The notes beneath the pieces were generated by a model. The model saw nothing but the letters and a program-made list of their open reading frames with translations, was not told where the DNA came from and did no database searches. Made by a program: the position numbers and the translations under genes. This document shows positions 1 through 12,798 of a stretch of 64,000 nucleotides of DNA, piece after piece; the stretch's first letter is position 1, and the number at the start of each line of letters is the position of its first letter. The stretch comes from Calcarisporiella thermophila CBS 279.70. Its lineage: Eukaryota; Fungi; Calcarisporiellomycota. Where the stretch lies: NCBI RefSeq assembly GCF_041956535.1, contig NW_027192212.1, positions 140,970 to 204,969 of the forward strand. The letters run 5' to 3'.

Positions 1-298
1 TCAGGCTCCATTCAACATACCCCCCTCCTTTATACAGTCAACCGAAAGTAAAATGCTGATGCATAAATGTACGGTAGTAACCATCGTACGAAATTTATCA
101 GCAGTGAAGCTGGTCTGGAAGTTGGATAATAGTAGGATAATAATCAACGGTGTTTATTTGAATATTATAGGAAAAAAATTCTAAAGCTTTGAATTTGTGC
201 AGTGCTATATACTTTTCTTCTAATTTAAATTTCTAAATATGCTCTTCTTTGCTGAAAACTGGTCGCAATGCATTCTGAGTAAACCTATTCACCATGCG

Positions 299-1789
299 TT
301 ACACGCTCTCCATTATAGATAATAACTTGCCGAGAGCACGATAAGCCTCCCCTTCCGATGTCCATGCAATTTTCAGTTTTGAGCTGATCTTCTTAGCTGC
401 CTTCGCATACCTATTTTCACCTCCCTCACTCTCTCCAAAGAATTTCTCGATTTTTTTGGTGATGTTCTCCGCAGGAATCAAGTCCAAGTTTGTCGCACCA
501 TCAGTGCGTGAGCTCTCGGAATCGAAATCAAACGCGATCCCAGTTCCAAGCTTGACCAATAATCCAGACACAGCAGGCTGATCCGCAAAGACTGGCCAGT
601 GGATCGTTCCAACCCCACAGATCAAGCTCTCAAATGCCGAGTTCCATCCACAATGAGTCAGGAATGCGGCACAGCTTGGATGGGAGAGAACAGTTCCTTG
701 AGTCGCCCACTCCACCACTGCCACTTTGTTGTACACCAGCACTCCCTTCATTGGAGAGGTCATCTCTGCGAGAGGTAAGAATGCTTGCTGTTTCTTACTT
801 AGACTCCAAAGAACGTGCCTGCCTGTGGCATTGAGTCCATTGAGGAGTTCCATAATTTGGCTGCTACTATGGAATACTACGGTTCCAAAAGAGACATAGA
901 GAACGGACTGAGTGGGTTTCTCATCGAGATAATGAGCAATCCAAGAATCAAGATCGCTTGGAGTTGCTCTTGAATTGCCATTGCTCAATTGATCATGATG
1001 GTGTTCAGTATGTCCTCCATTTTCATTTTGCATTTTTCTCGCGGCTTTGTTACTTTCAAGTTTGGGAAAGTTTAACGGACCAACTCGATACACTGGCGTG
1101 TTAGGAGCGTAAGTCTTCAAAGATGCTGATAAATAGTCAGCCTCAATGCAACTAGAAGTGTTCCAAATGATGCCCTCGGACTTTGCCAATCGCGGATACA
1201 TCAAACTAAACCCTTTCTTTAATAATCTATTCGTAGGTATAATATTTTTGTCCACCACTTCCCTCGTTTTAGGTTCAGGTTCAACCTGTTGGATCGGAAT
1301 GACAACAGGCGAGGAGAAAAAGAAGTAGAAAGGAAGGTGATCAAACGGAAATGGCTCAAACATGCCGGCGAACATATCAAGGATGATACAAGATGGTGGG
1401 ATTGCACTATTTTTCTTCGATTCCAAGAACGTACCAATGGCTTCGACGTGTTTTGACGAGCTCTCGAAATATTTCAAATGATCCCCTAATAACAGTGTGT
1501 GAACTGGTTCCATTCCATCTTCCAGTAACTCAATATACATGCGGCCATATTTTCCTCGATAGATCTCAGAATAGCTCTCGGTGTCTGGAATGATGCCCTT
1601 CTCCTTCAAGAGCGGAAGAAACTTCTTCGAAATAAGGAGCGTTACGAGCCTTTCAGCGTCACCCTTAACGTCCCTAAATTCTGAAAGGGATGGAGTGCTA
1701 AGAATCCGCTTAGCAAGAGAAATTGCGGGAATACTATGCCCAAATGCTGGGAAAAGAGCAATAAGAATATGAACAGAGTGTGGAACCAT
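299..1789 (-). CDS. Family 1 UDP-glycosyltransferase (plant-type UGT), intronless
   Basis: 496-aa ORF. N-terminal HILIALFPAFGHSIP carries the catalytic His, followed by IILDMF (Asp) and SVLYVSFGT. Complete PSPG box WATQGTVLSHPSCAAFLTHCGWNSAFESLICGVGTIHWPVFADQ. Confidence 0.93.
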   Translation of the reverse strand: MVPHSVHILIALFPAFGHSIPAISLAKRILSTPSLSEFRDVKGDAERLVTLLISKKFLPLLKEKGIIPDTESYSEIYRGKYGRMYIELLEDGMEPVHTLLLGDHLKYFESSSKHVEAIGTFLESKKNSAIPPSCIILDMFAGMFEPFPFDHLPFYFFFSSPVVIPIQQVEPEPKTREVVDKNIIPTNRLLKKGFSLMYPRLAKSEGIIWNTSSCIEADYLSASLKTYAPNTPVYRVGPLNFPKLESNKAARKMQNENGGHTEHHHDQLSNGNSRATPSDLDSWIAHYLDEKPTQSVLYVSFGTVVFHSSSQIMELLNGLNATGRHVLWSLSKKQQAFLPLAEMTSPMKGVLVYNKVAVVEWATQGTVLSHPSCAAFLTHCGWNSAFESLICGVGTIHWPVFADQPAVSGLLVKLGTGIAFDFDSESSRTDGATNLDLIPAENITKKIEKFFGESEGGENRYAKAAKKISSKLKIAWTSEGEAYRALGKLLSIMESV

Positions 1790-2623
1790 GCTTCTCTAGG
1801 TAGACTAGTGGAAAATATCAGTTGAAATGCAAATGTGATTTTACACAATCCTATAAAGAGAATATAGTTTTTCGAACCCTATATATCAGAAATAATGACT
1901 GATGACCTTACTAAGAGTCTTGCCTTATTAAATACTTGGCTAGCTTATTTTGGATTGAAATTATGAATCAAAGTCTAAAATTCCGAAAATTCGGATGAAA
2001 AGATTCAAAACCATCAAGAACAAAGAAGGAAATACTAGGCGGAAGCCGAAAATATACTTATTAAGTCGAAACTGGGCAATTGATTCACGCTTTTTTCATG
2101 ATGAAATGGAACGGAAAAAAATAACTGACCTACGAGAAAGCTCCAAGAGTGAATTAGGATAACGGATCTTTATATGTTCCTTTTTAGAGAGCATTTTAGT
2201 CGCTGTTCTATTGAATTCGGGATTAGCTAATATAATGTTTCAAATATTAAGCGATGTAATATGATGCATGAGTCCATCTGTAGTAGCTGTGCGCGACCAC
2301 TGTATTATTTACTGTTTAACACGTTGTTTGTATCAGCCCAATCAATTGTTAATGAGTTTATCAGTGTACATCTTCAATATATGACTAAAATGGCTGACAG
2401 ATAATCTTTCAGTTTTCTTTAATATGTTTTTCACCCTAAGTTTATTGTGATTTTGTAGTCTGAGATCTCGCAAAATCCTCGCGTATTTAGAAGCTTATTA
2501 AGGAGCATCCTATCACTATTTTATCAACATGTCTATTTCCAACCTTTGTTCTCTTTAATCATATTACAAAATGTACACCCATTAGTTAATAATCTACCTG
2601 AATCACGTGGACTTGTTTCTAAG

Positions 2624-3787
2624 TTAATGAGAGTACGAACTATCCGTTTGATCCGGCTTTTTCATTAGTGGTGCCTCATCCACCTGATCTGGCTTCATCA
2701 TGATATATGTGCCGTTAGGTTGATAGGGCTTCATGGCATAAAGCATAACTGAATCTCGGGATAAGTTAGGTTTGGCCATATAGTCCATAGGGGGATTGAT
2801 CATAGGAGGCTCAATTATGGGTCCCTTATTATCGTGTACTTTGGCCATTTTGGAACGCTTTCGATAAATGAAGTAGAAGACTATCAGTCCTATTACTAGA
2901 ATTGAACCAAGGCTTCCTAATCCTATGGCGAGTCCGGTCATCAAAGTGGAGGTGTAATATGGAGCATTACTTATTGAAGACGCTTCAGGTGAAGGAGATG
3001 GATCTGGAGAGGTCGTTGGATCAACTCCAGAGGCAGATTTTACACTAGCTGTAGCGGGTGGGCTTGAGTGTACACTGGGCTGGACAAATGATATTTTTGA
3101 AGTAGTGGAAGCTAGAAGAGTGGACCGATAAAAGAAAGGATTGAGCACAGAAGAATAAGGACTCTTATTCGCAACAAAATTCCCCTACCCGTACTAGGAA
3201 TAGCTGAGATGCTAGGTTTATTGTGGTTCAATAAACTGCTAAACGGATTAACAATCGTTTTCGGATCAATATTGGGGAAATTTCCAAATCCAGGAAAACT
3301 AGACTTTTCTTCTATCTCAAAAGACTCTGATCGGAAAGGGTTAGGATCTTGGATTTCAACTACATAGCCTCTGTTTACTGAGATATCTTCAGGGACTTTC
3401 CAAGTGTAAAACCACGAATCATAGTTGCCAATTTTTATACCAGGTGTATTTATGGCTATATCTGTGACAAAATGATTTGCCATTTCTATACTTGAGGGTC
3501 CCTGGATAAAGAATTAGCATATGATTCTCTATCAATTAATTCCCATTCTATACAATCTTTACCCAATAGAGCTTGATAGTAACGGGTGCGGTAGATCCTC
3601 CTACCCTATATAAATGCTTGTAAGTTCCCCGAATCCCCAGCTGTAGCAAACAAAAATACCATGTTATATTTACTACTTCTCCTGGATGCCACTTAGAATA
3701 GAAATTGGGCTTCATAATTGCAACGGCAGAGGCAAGGCTACCAAAATTAATAAGGGCTGCGAAAAATATCAAGATTCTGGAACACAT
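2624..3787 (-). CDS. Single-pass cell-surface protein: signal peptide, Kre9/KNH-like Ig-type N-domain, Ser/Thr/Pro stalk, TM helix, cytoplasmic tail (about 4 exons)
   Basis: ORFs 3548-3787, 3112-3483 and 2624-3148 join through GT-AG introns. Signal peptide MCSRILIFFAALINFGSLASA; W..GE.VNITW and YTWKVP..I motifs; TM segment LAIGLGSLGSILVIGLIVFYFIY followed by RKRSK. Confidence 0.7.
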
Positions 3788-4995
3788 GGTTTAGTCTGTA
3801 GAAGATTTTCCCAAAATTAAATATTATAAATCTTTGAAATTCGAAACAGAATGAGAGGCAAACCTCAAGATAAATACAAAACGCGAAAGATAATATTCAA
3901 CCAGAATTGCACAATATTTTGTCCTCTAATAAACGATTGGAATGGGTTGTCAAAATCCAGAAGCGTAGCAGTAAATCTGTCTGCTAAAATGAATCCCACT
4001 GTAATCTCTTGCAGTACACTGTTTAGTGTAGTTCTAAGATAAAATGAATGACCATCTGGAGAATTGCTTGTTATATAACTTTGTATTTTCTCTCCGGGTA
4101 TATTACACAAATTACACGAACAACTCTTTAAGAATTCAGACCTGACTTCGAAATTTAAATGATAATTGAAGGTCGGTTTGGGGGAAATTCCTGCGTTTAC
4201 TTTTCTAATATCCAGAGCATGAAATACCCTGAATTCTGAATGAACTCGTCTTTAATATTTGATACTTTAGTGTATTCAAGTTAAACAGTTGATTGCACTC
4301 GGCAGCAATAGTAGAAATCTTAATTTCACAAAGTGTAACAATGTAAAAGCTGAAAGCTCTGTTCGACAAACACAGATAGAACACGGCTAATTGCCTATAA
4401 ATAGTGTCACAGCTTTGCTAGCATTTCACGATAATATTCACAATACATTGCCTCTATGAAAGTACTGTATTGCTGCTTTATCATCCTCTGGGCGTGTTCA
4501 ATCTGGATAGGCAGAGATCGAACATGTATTATAATGTACCTTATTATACAAACATGCGGATTTACGAATGTTACATTGAAAAAGTAGTTGACTGAGTTGA
4601 AATCAGCCCAAATAGGTTGGTCAACTTGTATATGTTTAAACTTGCCTTCTTTACTCTCTCGCTCTTTTGGAGATATGCCTACTTATTCCTAACCACTGCT
4701 CTCACAGAGGAAGGCGTAAGTGTTACTAGAACTTTTTTTTCCTTGATTCAAGGCTTTAAATATCAAAGAAAATAATAAAACTAATAGAGAGAAAAAATAA
4801 AGGATGAGGCCTCTGAATCTATATGTATTCACCAAATTGACGTGAATCGGACTGACTCTCGCTCACTGAATATTAACCAAATCTATTTGTGAAAGTGGCT
4901 TATATTTGTATTAGGATTATTTTGCCACTCATTATATTGCTATGATAAACAAAATTTAATTCTAGCATTATTAGATAGCAAATATAGTCGATAGA

Positions 4996-7462
4996 ATGAA
5001 TGTCGTCGCATTAATTAGGTAACTGTATATCTTAAGTTATAATTATACATATCTTTGTAACAAAACATCTCTACCTATTTCTAGCGGCGGCAAAGATAGC
5101 TGCTTCAATATGATGCACTGTGCTGTTCATGGTCACCGAATAGTTGCTCTTGCAAATCTAAAACCACCTTCTGCTTCTGGCAAAGGTAGCATGCTCTGTT
5201 TTCACCACATCGTTTCAGCATATTAGTGAACTTATGTCTCTATTATTTAGATGAGCTCGATAGTTTCATGTATCAAACAGTCGGGCATGATGCCATCCAA
5301 CTTTATGCCTCATGCATGGACCTCCCATTATACCGTCGTGAGATTCATGGTACCTCAGTCGAACAAAGAGCTGACTACCGCTGCACCCCCGGCGATGAAA
5401 CTGAAGATCTGTACGAGCTACTACGAGAAGTCCTCAAGCATCATCCCGAAATTAATGCTGTCTCAACTGGTGCTATTCTGTCAAATTACCAGCGAGTACG
5501 TGTGGAACATGTATGCAATCGACTTGGGCTAACGAGTTTGGCGTATCTTTGGAGAAGAGACCAAAAAGAGCTATTGGGCGAAATGATTGCAAGCGGGGTT
5601 GAAAGCGTGCTGGTAAAGGTGGCTGCTATCGGGCTAGGAGAACGCCATTTAGGAGAAGGAATTAATGCAATGTATCCGTATCTTTGTAAAATGGTAACTA
5701 TCCACATCAACACGTTTATACGCATAAAATGTGTTAAACCTCTACATATTGGAAGAATGACGTATATGGCTTGAATATATGTGGAGAGGGTGGTGAGTAC
5801 GAAACCTTCACACTTGATTGCCCACTTTTCAAAAGGCGTATTAGACTGTAAGTCTTTGTACACCTGGAATTGGATGCTTAGCTCTTACATAGTGTTGTAT
5901 TTGTAGAGAGGAGACTGAGATTGTAACTCACTCTGACGACGCATTTGCTCCGGTTGCTTATCTGAGAATCAAATCTGCGATCACAGAAGCGAAGGAAAAG
6001 ATGGATAAGGACTGGAAGGAAAAGCTGCGTATACCCGTATGGGATGACCTGGAAAACGAGTTAATAGAGGAGAAAGAGTTAGGGAATGAGAGAGTTGAAA
6101 TAGCAAAGTTAAATAACTCAACGAAAATGAGGTTACTACTAGATGTTGAGGACTCTAACCCCTTAATCGATTGTACCCATTACTCGCGACCTCCTTTCTA
6201 TGCTATCGGATCCACTACTGCTTTCTCCCGTGGTAGTGAAACCTACGAAACTATCGAGGAAGAAACACGGATATGCATGGAGAACCTCCAAGATAAACTA
6301 TCGGCATTTGGTTTGTCCTTCAGCGACGTAGTACTTATGAATGTGTTTGTTACCAACATGGGAGAGTTCGCTCAGATCAATGGCATTTACAAGCAATTTT
6401 TTGATATTAACCCACCAGCACGGTATTTGTACAGATAACATTTTTCCGTGCTTACCATATATATTAAAAATATTCCTTTTTTAGGGCATGTGTTGCTGCT
6501 AATTTACAACCACCAGCCAAAATACAAATAGACTGCTTCGCTATAAAAGACACCACACAGAGTGAACGCCAAACGATGCACGTGCAGAGCTTGTCGTATT
6601 GGGCACCCGCCAATATCGGGCCGTATTCACAGTCCGTCATGGTAAGAGAAACGTTTCTCTTCTTCATTCACGTGCTTATAGATGTCTTTTTGAAAAGATT
6701 CGAAACCATGCATATATAGCTGGCCAGATAGGCATGTTACCTCACACTCTCGCCCTCCCCTCCCCTCCATCCTCCCATACTGAAGCATTAGTTGCACTTC
6801 GACATCTTACTCGCATTACCTCTGTGCTCTCACTTTCACCGGATCAAATCGCCCTTTGTTTATGTTTTGTGGACGACTCCAAAAATTTCCACATGGTTCG
6901 GCAGGTTTGGAGGGAATGGGTAATAAAGGATGGAGTGCAAAGAGAAATGCCGGTTTTACTTTGCGTGGCGGTTAAAACCTTGCCTAAAAATTCGAAAGTT
7001 GAGTGGCAAGTATTTGGGCAGTGTGAGATGTCAAATGGCTATGCACACGAGGATAACGACGAAAAGGGAGATGCAGTGGATCATCAGGAAGCTGCCCATG
7101 AATCTAGAATACAGTACCAAAGACACGAGGAGAAAGGCTTTCTATTCAAAACTAGCATTTATACTCGGCTGCCCGTCTTCTGTGCCATTGTCACTCTCTC
7201 AACTTATGAAGTACCTGGGTTGCATTTAGCAATCGCTCTATTTTCGGCACTGGACGCAGCAGTAGCTAAAATACCAAGCGGAGGCTGGAAAAACGTAACT
7301 GCACTCCGAGTTTTTATTAATGAGAAAGTAGTAGACGCGCTTGATGTAAAGAAAGTGATATGCAAGGAAATGGAAAAACGAGGACAACTTGCGCTGACAG
7401 TTGTGCCCGTCTCAGCAGTAGAAGGAGGGGTATTGTCTGTTTGTATTCACGCTTCTTTGTAA
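4996..7462 (+). CDS. DPH6: Diphthine-ammonia ligase with C-terminal RidA/YjgF domains (7 exons)
   Basis: The spliced N-terminus reads MNVVALISGGKDSCFNMMHC (PP-loop). Further motifs: DELDSFMYQTVG, GAILSNYQRVRVE, CGEGGEYETFTLDCPLF; RidA-like repeats (INPPARACV, LHVQS-like ..SYWAPANIGPYSQ, YIAGQI). Confidence 0.95.
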
Positions 7463-7595
7463 TAGAATACTCGGTTATATGACTTTTAATGGTTTTGCAC
7501 ATTTTGAGAAGATTGAAACATGAGTTGAATTAAAAAATAAAAAGGTTATTTATTCAACAAAGAGCACAGTTGATTTAAGATATTTTGTGAGGAGT

Positions 7596-8117
7596 CTAGA
7601 AGCGAAGCTTGGTGAAGAACCACTTGTTCTTGCCGGTGGTGTAGCGCTCCTCCAACATCTTCTTGATGTTCTTCTTGGCCTCACGACGCTGAGTGGGCTC
7701 CTTGAAGGATTCGAGAGAAACGGCAGTCTTGAGGTTCTCGAGCTCAAGTCCATAGCTAAAATAAAAAATGAATTCAAAACATTAGTATTTGAATCTAGAT
7801 CTAGTAACTTTGCAAAATGATACAGAGAGGAAAAAAAAGGCAAAAAAGCAGATCAGATCAACTTACCGAGTAGGCATCAAATGGTTATAGTTGACCATCT
7901 TCACAAATGGCTTCACCTTCGACCGCTTGGCAATGAGCTTCTGGCCCATGCGCTTGGTGACCTTGAGGGGTTCACGCTCAACACCCGCAACAACGGCGAA
8001 ACCATAAGGGCGGTCTTTGGTGCCCTCGTCGTAGTTCTTAACAATCACAGCCTTCTTGCCAGCATAGCGGCCCTGAAGGATGATGACGACTTTGCCGGGC
8101 TTAAGGAACTTGGGCAT
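7596..8117 (-). CDS. RPL27: 60S ribosomal protein L27 (eL27), 2 exons
   Basis: [27 protein letters not shown]...NYNHLMPTR, then a GT-AG intron, then an exon ending [12 protein letters not shown]. Confidence 0.97.
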
Positions 8118-8478
8118 TGTGATGTATTAGGATGTGGATGGATGGATGCACAACGACCTTGGGGAAAGAGAAGGGTCGAAAATTGCGAGCAAGACGGCCT
8201 TGAAAATCGAAAAGGATGTTGTGTGGCGCAGCTCATCTTAAATTTTGACACTGCACAGCAGTCCTCACTCTTCCCTTTTCCTTCAGACTAACGTCTTTTT
8301 GGTCAGTGAACACATATATGCTTGCGAAAAACGACTTCAAAGAATTTATGTTTATCCACACCGGCTTCGTATAAAAAGTAAAGGGGTGAATTCAATTAGG
8401 ATGAAAATACCATATAATACATATCATATTAGAAAGTCAATGCTTTATTCATATAGAACTATAGTACAATATGTGATA

Positions 8479-9536
8479 TCATTTCCTTCTTCTCTGTTTT
8501 CCATTCTTCTGGGGCCTCGGCTCGCGTAATTTCTTTTTAGTGCGTTCCTTTAGTGCATTTAACTTTCGCTGCGTTGAGGATTCATAGCGGAACTTCTTCT
8601 TTTGCTTATGCGGTCTACCAAAAGATTTATCGAGTGAGACACTAGCCGACGTGTGATCTAAAGCAGTTATAATACCTTGGATAGGCAGCTGAACTCGAGG
8701 CTCTTTCTTTTTCCTCTTCATTTTCTATAATCTCTTCCTCTTCTTCCTCCTCTTCTCCCTTTTCTTGGTTATCAGCATGCTATTTTAGAGGTTGATACAA
8801 TTAATAAGGACGAAAAAAAAATAAATGAAATAGATATTCTCGAACCTTTTTCGAGTTTTTGCTACCCGACAGAGTCAAACCGTGTGGATCCATGTCCAGC
8901 TCTTCAATAACCGTGACGGTAGTTAGAGTTTCAGGGGTCTCATATTCAATTACTTTAGAAGATTTTTGCTCCTCGCATTCGTGCTCTTCCTCATCCTCGC
9001 CTTGCTCTTCCTCATCCTCGCCTTGCTCTTCCTCATCATTTTTTGATAAGCCCCCTAATATATCAATTTTGTAAGTGCTTCCATTGCCCCAAAATATACT
9101 ATGTGTAAAAATGTTACCATTAAATAATGATATATAACGCTTTAACTTCTCTTCTACTTCTTCCTTTCGAGCTTTTCGTTGCTAACAAAAAAAGAATTTC
9201 TATAGCTTAAATGATGATTTGAATAAATAGTTTGAGGTTGTTTATATCTACAGCTTTTCTCGACTCCAAACGCTCCAAACGTTCTCTTTCCCGTGCCAAT
9301 TCTTTCGCACGTTCTCTTCTTTCGACTTTTCGCTTATGAAAGCCAGTTAAGAATTCTCTATATGAGTAAAGAGGAAGAAATTATCAGTAAAATCGATCTC
9401 ATGATTGTGAGGATAAGATTGCCTACAATCTAGAATTTTCATCGAATTCGATCTTATCAACTTGTTGCTGCTTGCGCTTGCGCTTTCGAGCATATATCTG
9501 AGATCCCGCAGATAGAAGTGCTACGTTATTAGGCAT
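8479..9536 (-). CDS. RRP17: rRNA-processing protein Rrp17/Nop25/NOL12 family (multi-exon)
   Basis: Spliced reading gives ...KIEFDENSR.EFLTGFHKRKVERR, an acidic linker, TLTTVTVIEELD and a basic C-terminus KKKKFRYES... Confidence 0.88.
8982..9037. repeat. 21-bp tandem repeat (about 2.7 copies) encoding the acidic (GEDEEEQ)n tract of RRP17
   Basis: tgctcttcctcatcctcgcct is repeated in tandem. Confidence 0.8.
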
Positions 9537-11049
9537 ATTCAATTACTATGATACTCTTTGCAGAGTTTACTAAATGAGTAAACAATTGTTAAAATAGGCT
9601 ATTTTCACAGTCACATAAAAAAAATCTGAACTAATTGCCCAAAATCTTGAGTGGACAAATTATCCTTTTTGCGGGAGAGAATTTCATAACTGTCGCACAT
9701 ATACGAAGATAAACGGTAGATGAATGAAATAATATATCTATTCTAACTTACAATAGGATTTCAAACTATGGAAAATTTTGCTAAGAATATAAATATTAGT
9801 AATAAGTATTCTAAAAAAAATAAATAAACCGGGATTATTCATAAGTGATTCATTGAGAAAAAAGTTTGACAACAAACAATTTACGAAGAGACATACACAA
9901 TTAACCGAATACCTAGGGTGTGAGCTGTCTTCATCATTGTCTATTTTACCTGTCTCTCCCTATCATTCTTTTGCGAATTACTCTATTAAAATGCACAACT
10001 CCGTATAATATTATATTCGATTCAAATGAGAGATTTAACAAAACATTTAATTAATCAACACCCCTTTGTCACATATACATATAACTTGCCGTCCTCTATT
10101 GTATATCGTTTGGATATGATATAACATATCAACATGGGCTCCGTTTCCCTTTTAAAGCAACAAAATAAATAATACGTGAACCTCATAGTTCTAAGGATAG
10201 ACTCTCGAACAATAATAACTGTGAAACTTTATCCATAATATCACAGTCAAGTGCAAATGCTTTACCAATAGAAGTTTGAAAAAGAGTATGTTTTTGAGCC
10301 GAAACCCACAGTGTTTCTACATCATAATGTTCTAAATTAGATCTCTTGGACACAAATAAGAATCTGCCCATGCCTAATATTGCAGATTATCTTGCGATTC
10401 AGAGTTCTTATCTTTTAATTTATCAGTTGTCAAATACCACTATTGAAATTATGCAAAGGCTGCCCGGAAACTCTACCAATACAAATAGCATAGATTCACC
10501 GGCTAAAATCCTTTGCTATTAAGTAATAAATGATATTTTATTAGATTATTTCATTGGCTATAATAATATTAACTTGACATTTCATGTTATTCACACGATT
10601 ATGTTTGAAGAGAATGGTATTCCATATCCGCGCTATCACCCCTCCATTCAATAAAACATTCTCTAAGCAAACTATAGACATTAGGACGATCCTCTGCCTA
10701 TTTGATTAGCATTGCCATCTTTTCGAATTGATTATACCGAAATAAAAAGAGAGAGATGCATCTAGCGATGAATTCAGTTTAAATAGCATTCGCTATAGCT
10801 TAGCTGAAATATTTGTAGTACACAGGCCACATAGTAGAAAAGTTTATAAATTCATATACGCATATTAGGAGAGTCTGAAATGAACCACTATTTCGGGATT
10901 AAGGAATGCTTGGACTCCGTAATTCAATAAATTTATATATAAATGTAATTTATTCATGAGAAAGGCATCATAAAACAACATTCTAGGGATAAAGTCGAAA
11001 CAAAACTATTTACAAAAGCGTACAAAATAAACCCAAGTGCTCTCAATAG

Positions 11050-12798
11050 TCATTCAGCTCGCATTCTCTTCTTTGCCGGTTGTTTATTTCCATGCCCGCC
11101 CCCCGCTGCTCCATGGTGTGTAGGCTTTTTCATCTCATGGTCCTCTTTTGTAATTCGCCTCAACGGGTACTCGATAGACTGGCCGTAGAAGGCACTACAG
11201 GAGAGAGAGAGAATGTGAGATTTCATCCTTAAAAACTAGATGAAAGTTGTTAGCCACCGACTTAATATTAGGCTTTGGCTCTTCTTGGAAGTATGGATGT
11301 CCCAGAGCCTCTTCGGCCGTGATACGCTTTACTGGATCATAGTCAAGCATTGCTGCAAGGAGTTGGAACGCTTGCTCATTTTTAATTTGGCAAGATTGAA
11401 AGAGAGATTTAAGATTATTTTGGTATCGTCTATGATGGGCAAAATTGTATATTTTGAATATTTAGTACGATAAAGCTTTTGGTGAAAAAAAAAATACAAT
11501 TGATACTCACTGTCGGAAAGAACTCAGTTGTCCGTAATCTGGCATCTGCTCTATTGTTGGCCACCGTTCCTCTACAAACAAGGCCAGTTGAATTCCCAAG
11601 TGTAAAGTCGTTATCCTTGGAAACTTACTTGTTGGTGTGCCTAATATCTCAAATATCTTAGTTAACTGGTTTCGCTGAAACGGGACATTTTTCTTGCTAT
11701 CCATCTTTGCCTCTTCACCCTTAAATATTGGACGCAGTGACATAAGCTCTCCAAATATGCATCCAACTGCCCACATATCTAAAGTGAATATTACAATAGA
11801 GCATATAAGCCTCAAAGTAAATAAAAAATAATCGATTCTCTGTACCGATTGCTTTTGTATAGTGGCGCGAACCAAGTAGAAGCTCAGGAGCACGATACCA
11901 TATGGTGACTACCACTTTATCTCCATTGAAAAGCGGCTGAAGTGGCCGATGAAATAGCCTCGCAAGGCCCAAATCCCCTATTTGACAATAACAAGGACCA
12001 TTACTTTATATATATGGATGGATAAAATAAATGATAAAAGCCTACCAATCTTGACAACGCCATCTGCCGTTACAAGAATGTTAGCCGGTTTTAAATCGCG
12101 ATGCAATACCCAGTTTGCATGCAAATAGCTTACGCCATTGAGTAATTGCCACATAAAAGATTTAACCGTTAGCTCAGGTATAGGCTTGTGCTCCTGATGA
12201 AAATGATGATGAATAATTTGCTAAAAAATACAAACCATTAGCAATTTGCATAAATACAAAGCAAAAGGAAATTGTTTACAAGGAAATCGTGTTCTGCATA
12301 TTCGAACACCATAAAAATAGCCTTATCCTCTAGCAGGACTTCCTCCAACCCTATTACATTTTCATGATGTAATTCCCGACAAAGCTATCAACAAAAAGAA
12401 AGAAATGAGCATAAAAATAATTTCTTCCACTGCTATCTGACAATATCCATCATCTGTCCATTAAAGTGCATATACATACTGCAATTTCACGACAAGCGGA
12501 TTGGGAGATCCCTGTATAAGAATGAGATTCACCTTCTCTCTCCGGTTTGAACTTCTTGATGGCAAAATATCTGGAATCATTTCTAAGGCATTTCAACAGC
12601 CAAATCGTTATATCCATTAGTTGATCGAAAATATATTATCAAACTATCTAAATTTCTAAATAAATCTCACCGCAATTTAGATTTCGCCTTATATACTCGC
12701 CCATAAGTTCCCGATGATATGAACCCTACTATTTCATATTTGTCAAGGATCTTGGTACGGCATGCATCGCGTCGTGCCTTATATTCTTGCATGGACAT
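11050..12798 (-). CDS. SSN3: Cyclin-dependent kinase 8 (Mediator kinase), about 9 exons
   Basis: Spliced motifs: [85 protein letters not shown]. Confidence 0.95.

Noticed and set aside
4996-7462. Dph6-RidA domain fusion as a novelty
   Set aside because: This is the standard architecture of fungal Dph6.
4996-9536. DPH6-RPL27-RRP17 as a translation gene cluster
   Set aside because: Three housekeeping genes in mixed orientation; chance adjacency cannot be excluded without synteny data.
10130-10760. Possible small multi-exon gene between RRP17 and CDK8
   Set aside because: Only short frames with no recognisable motif, and it would need implausibly small introns.
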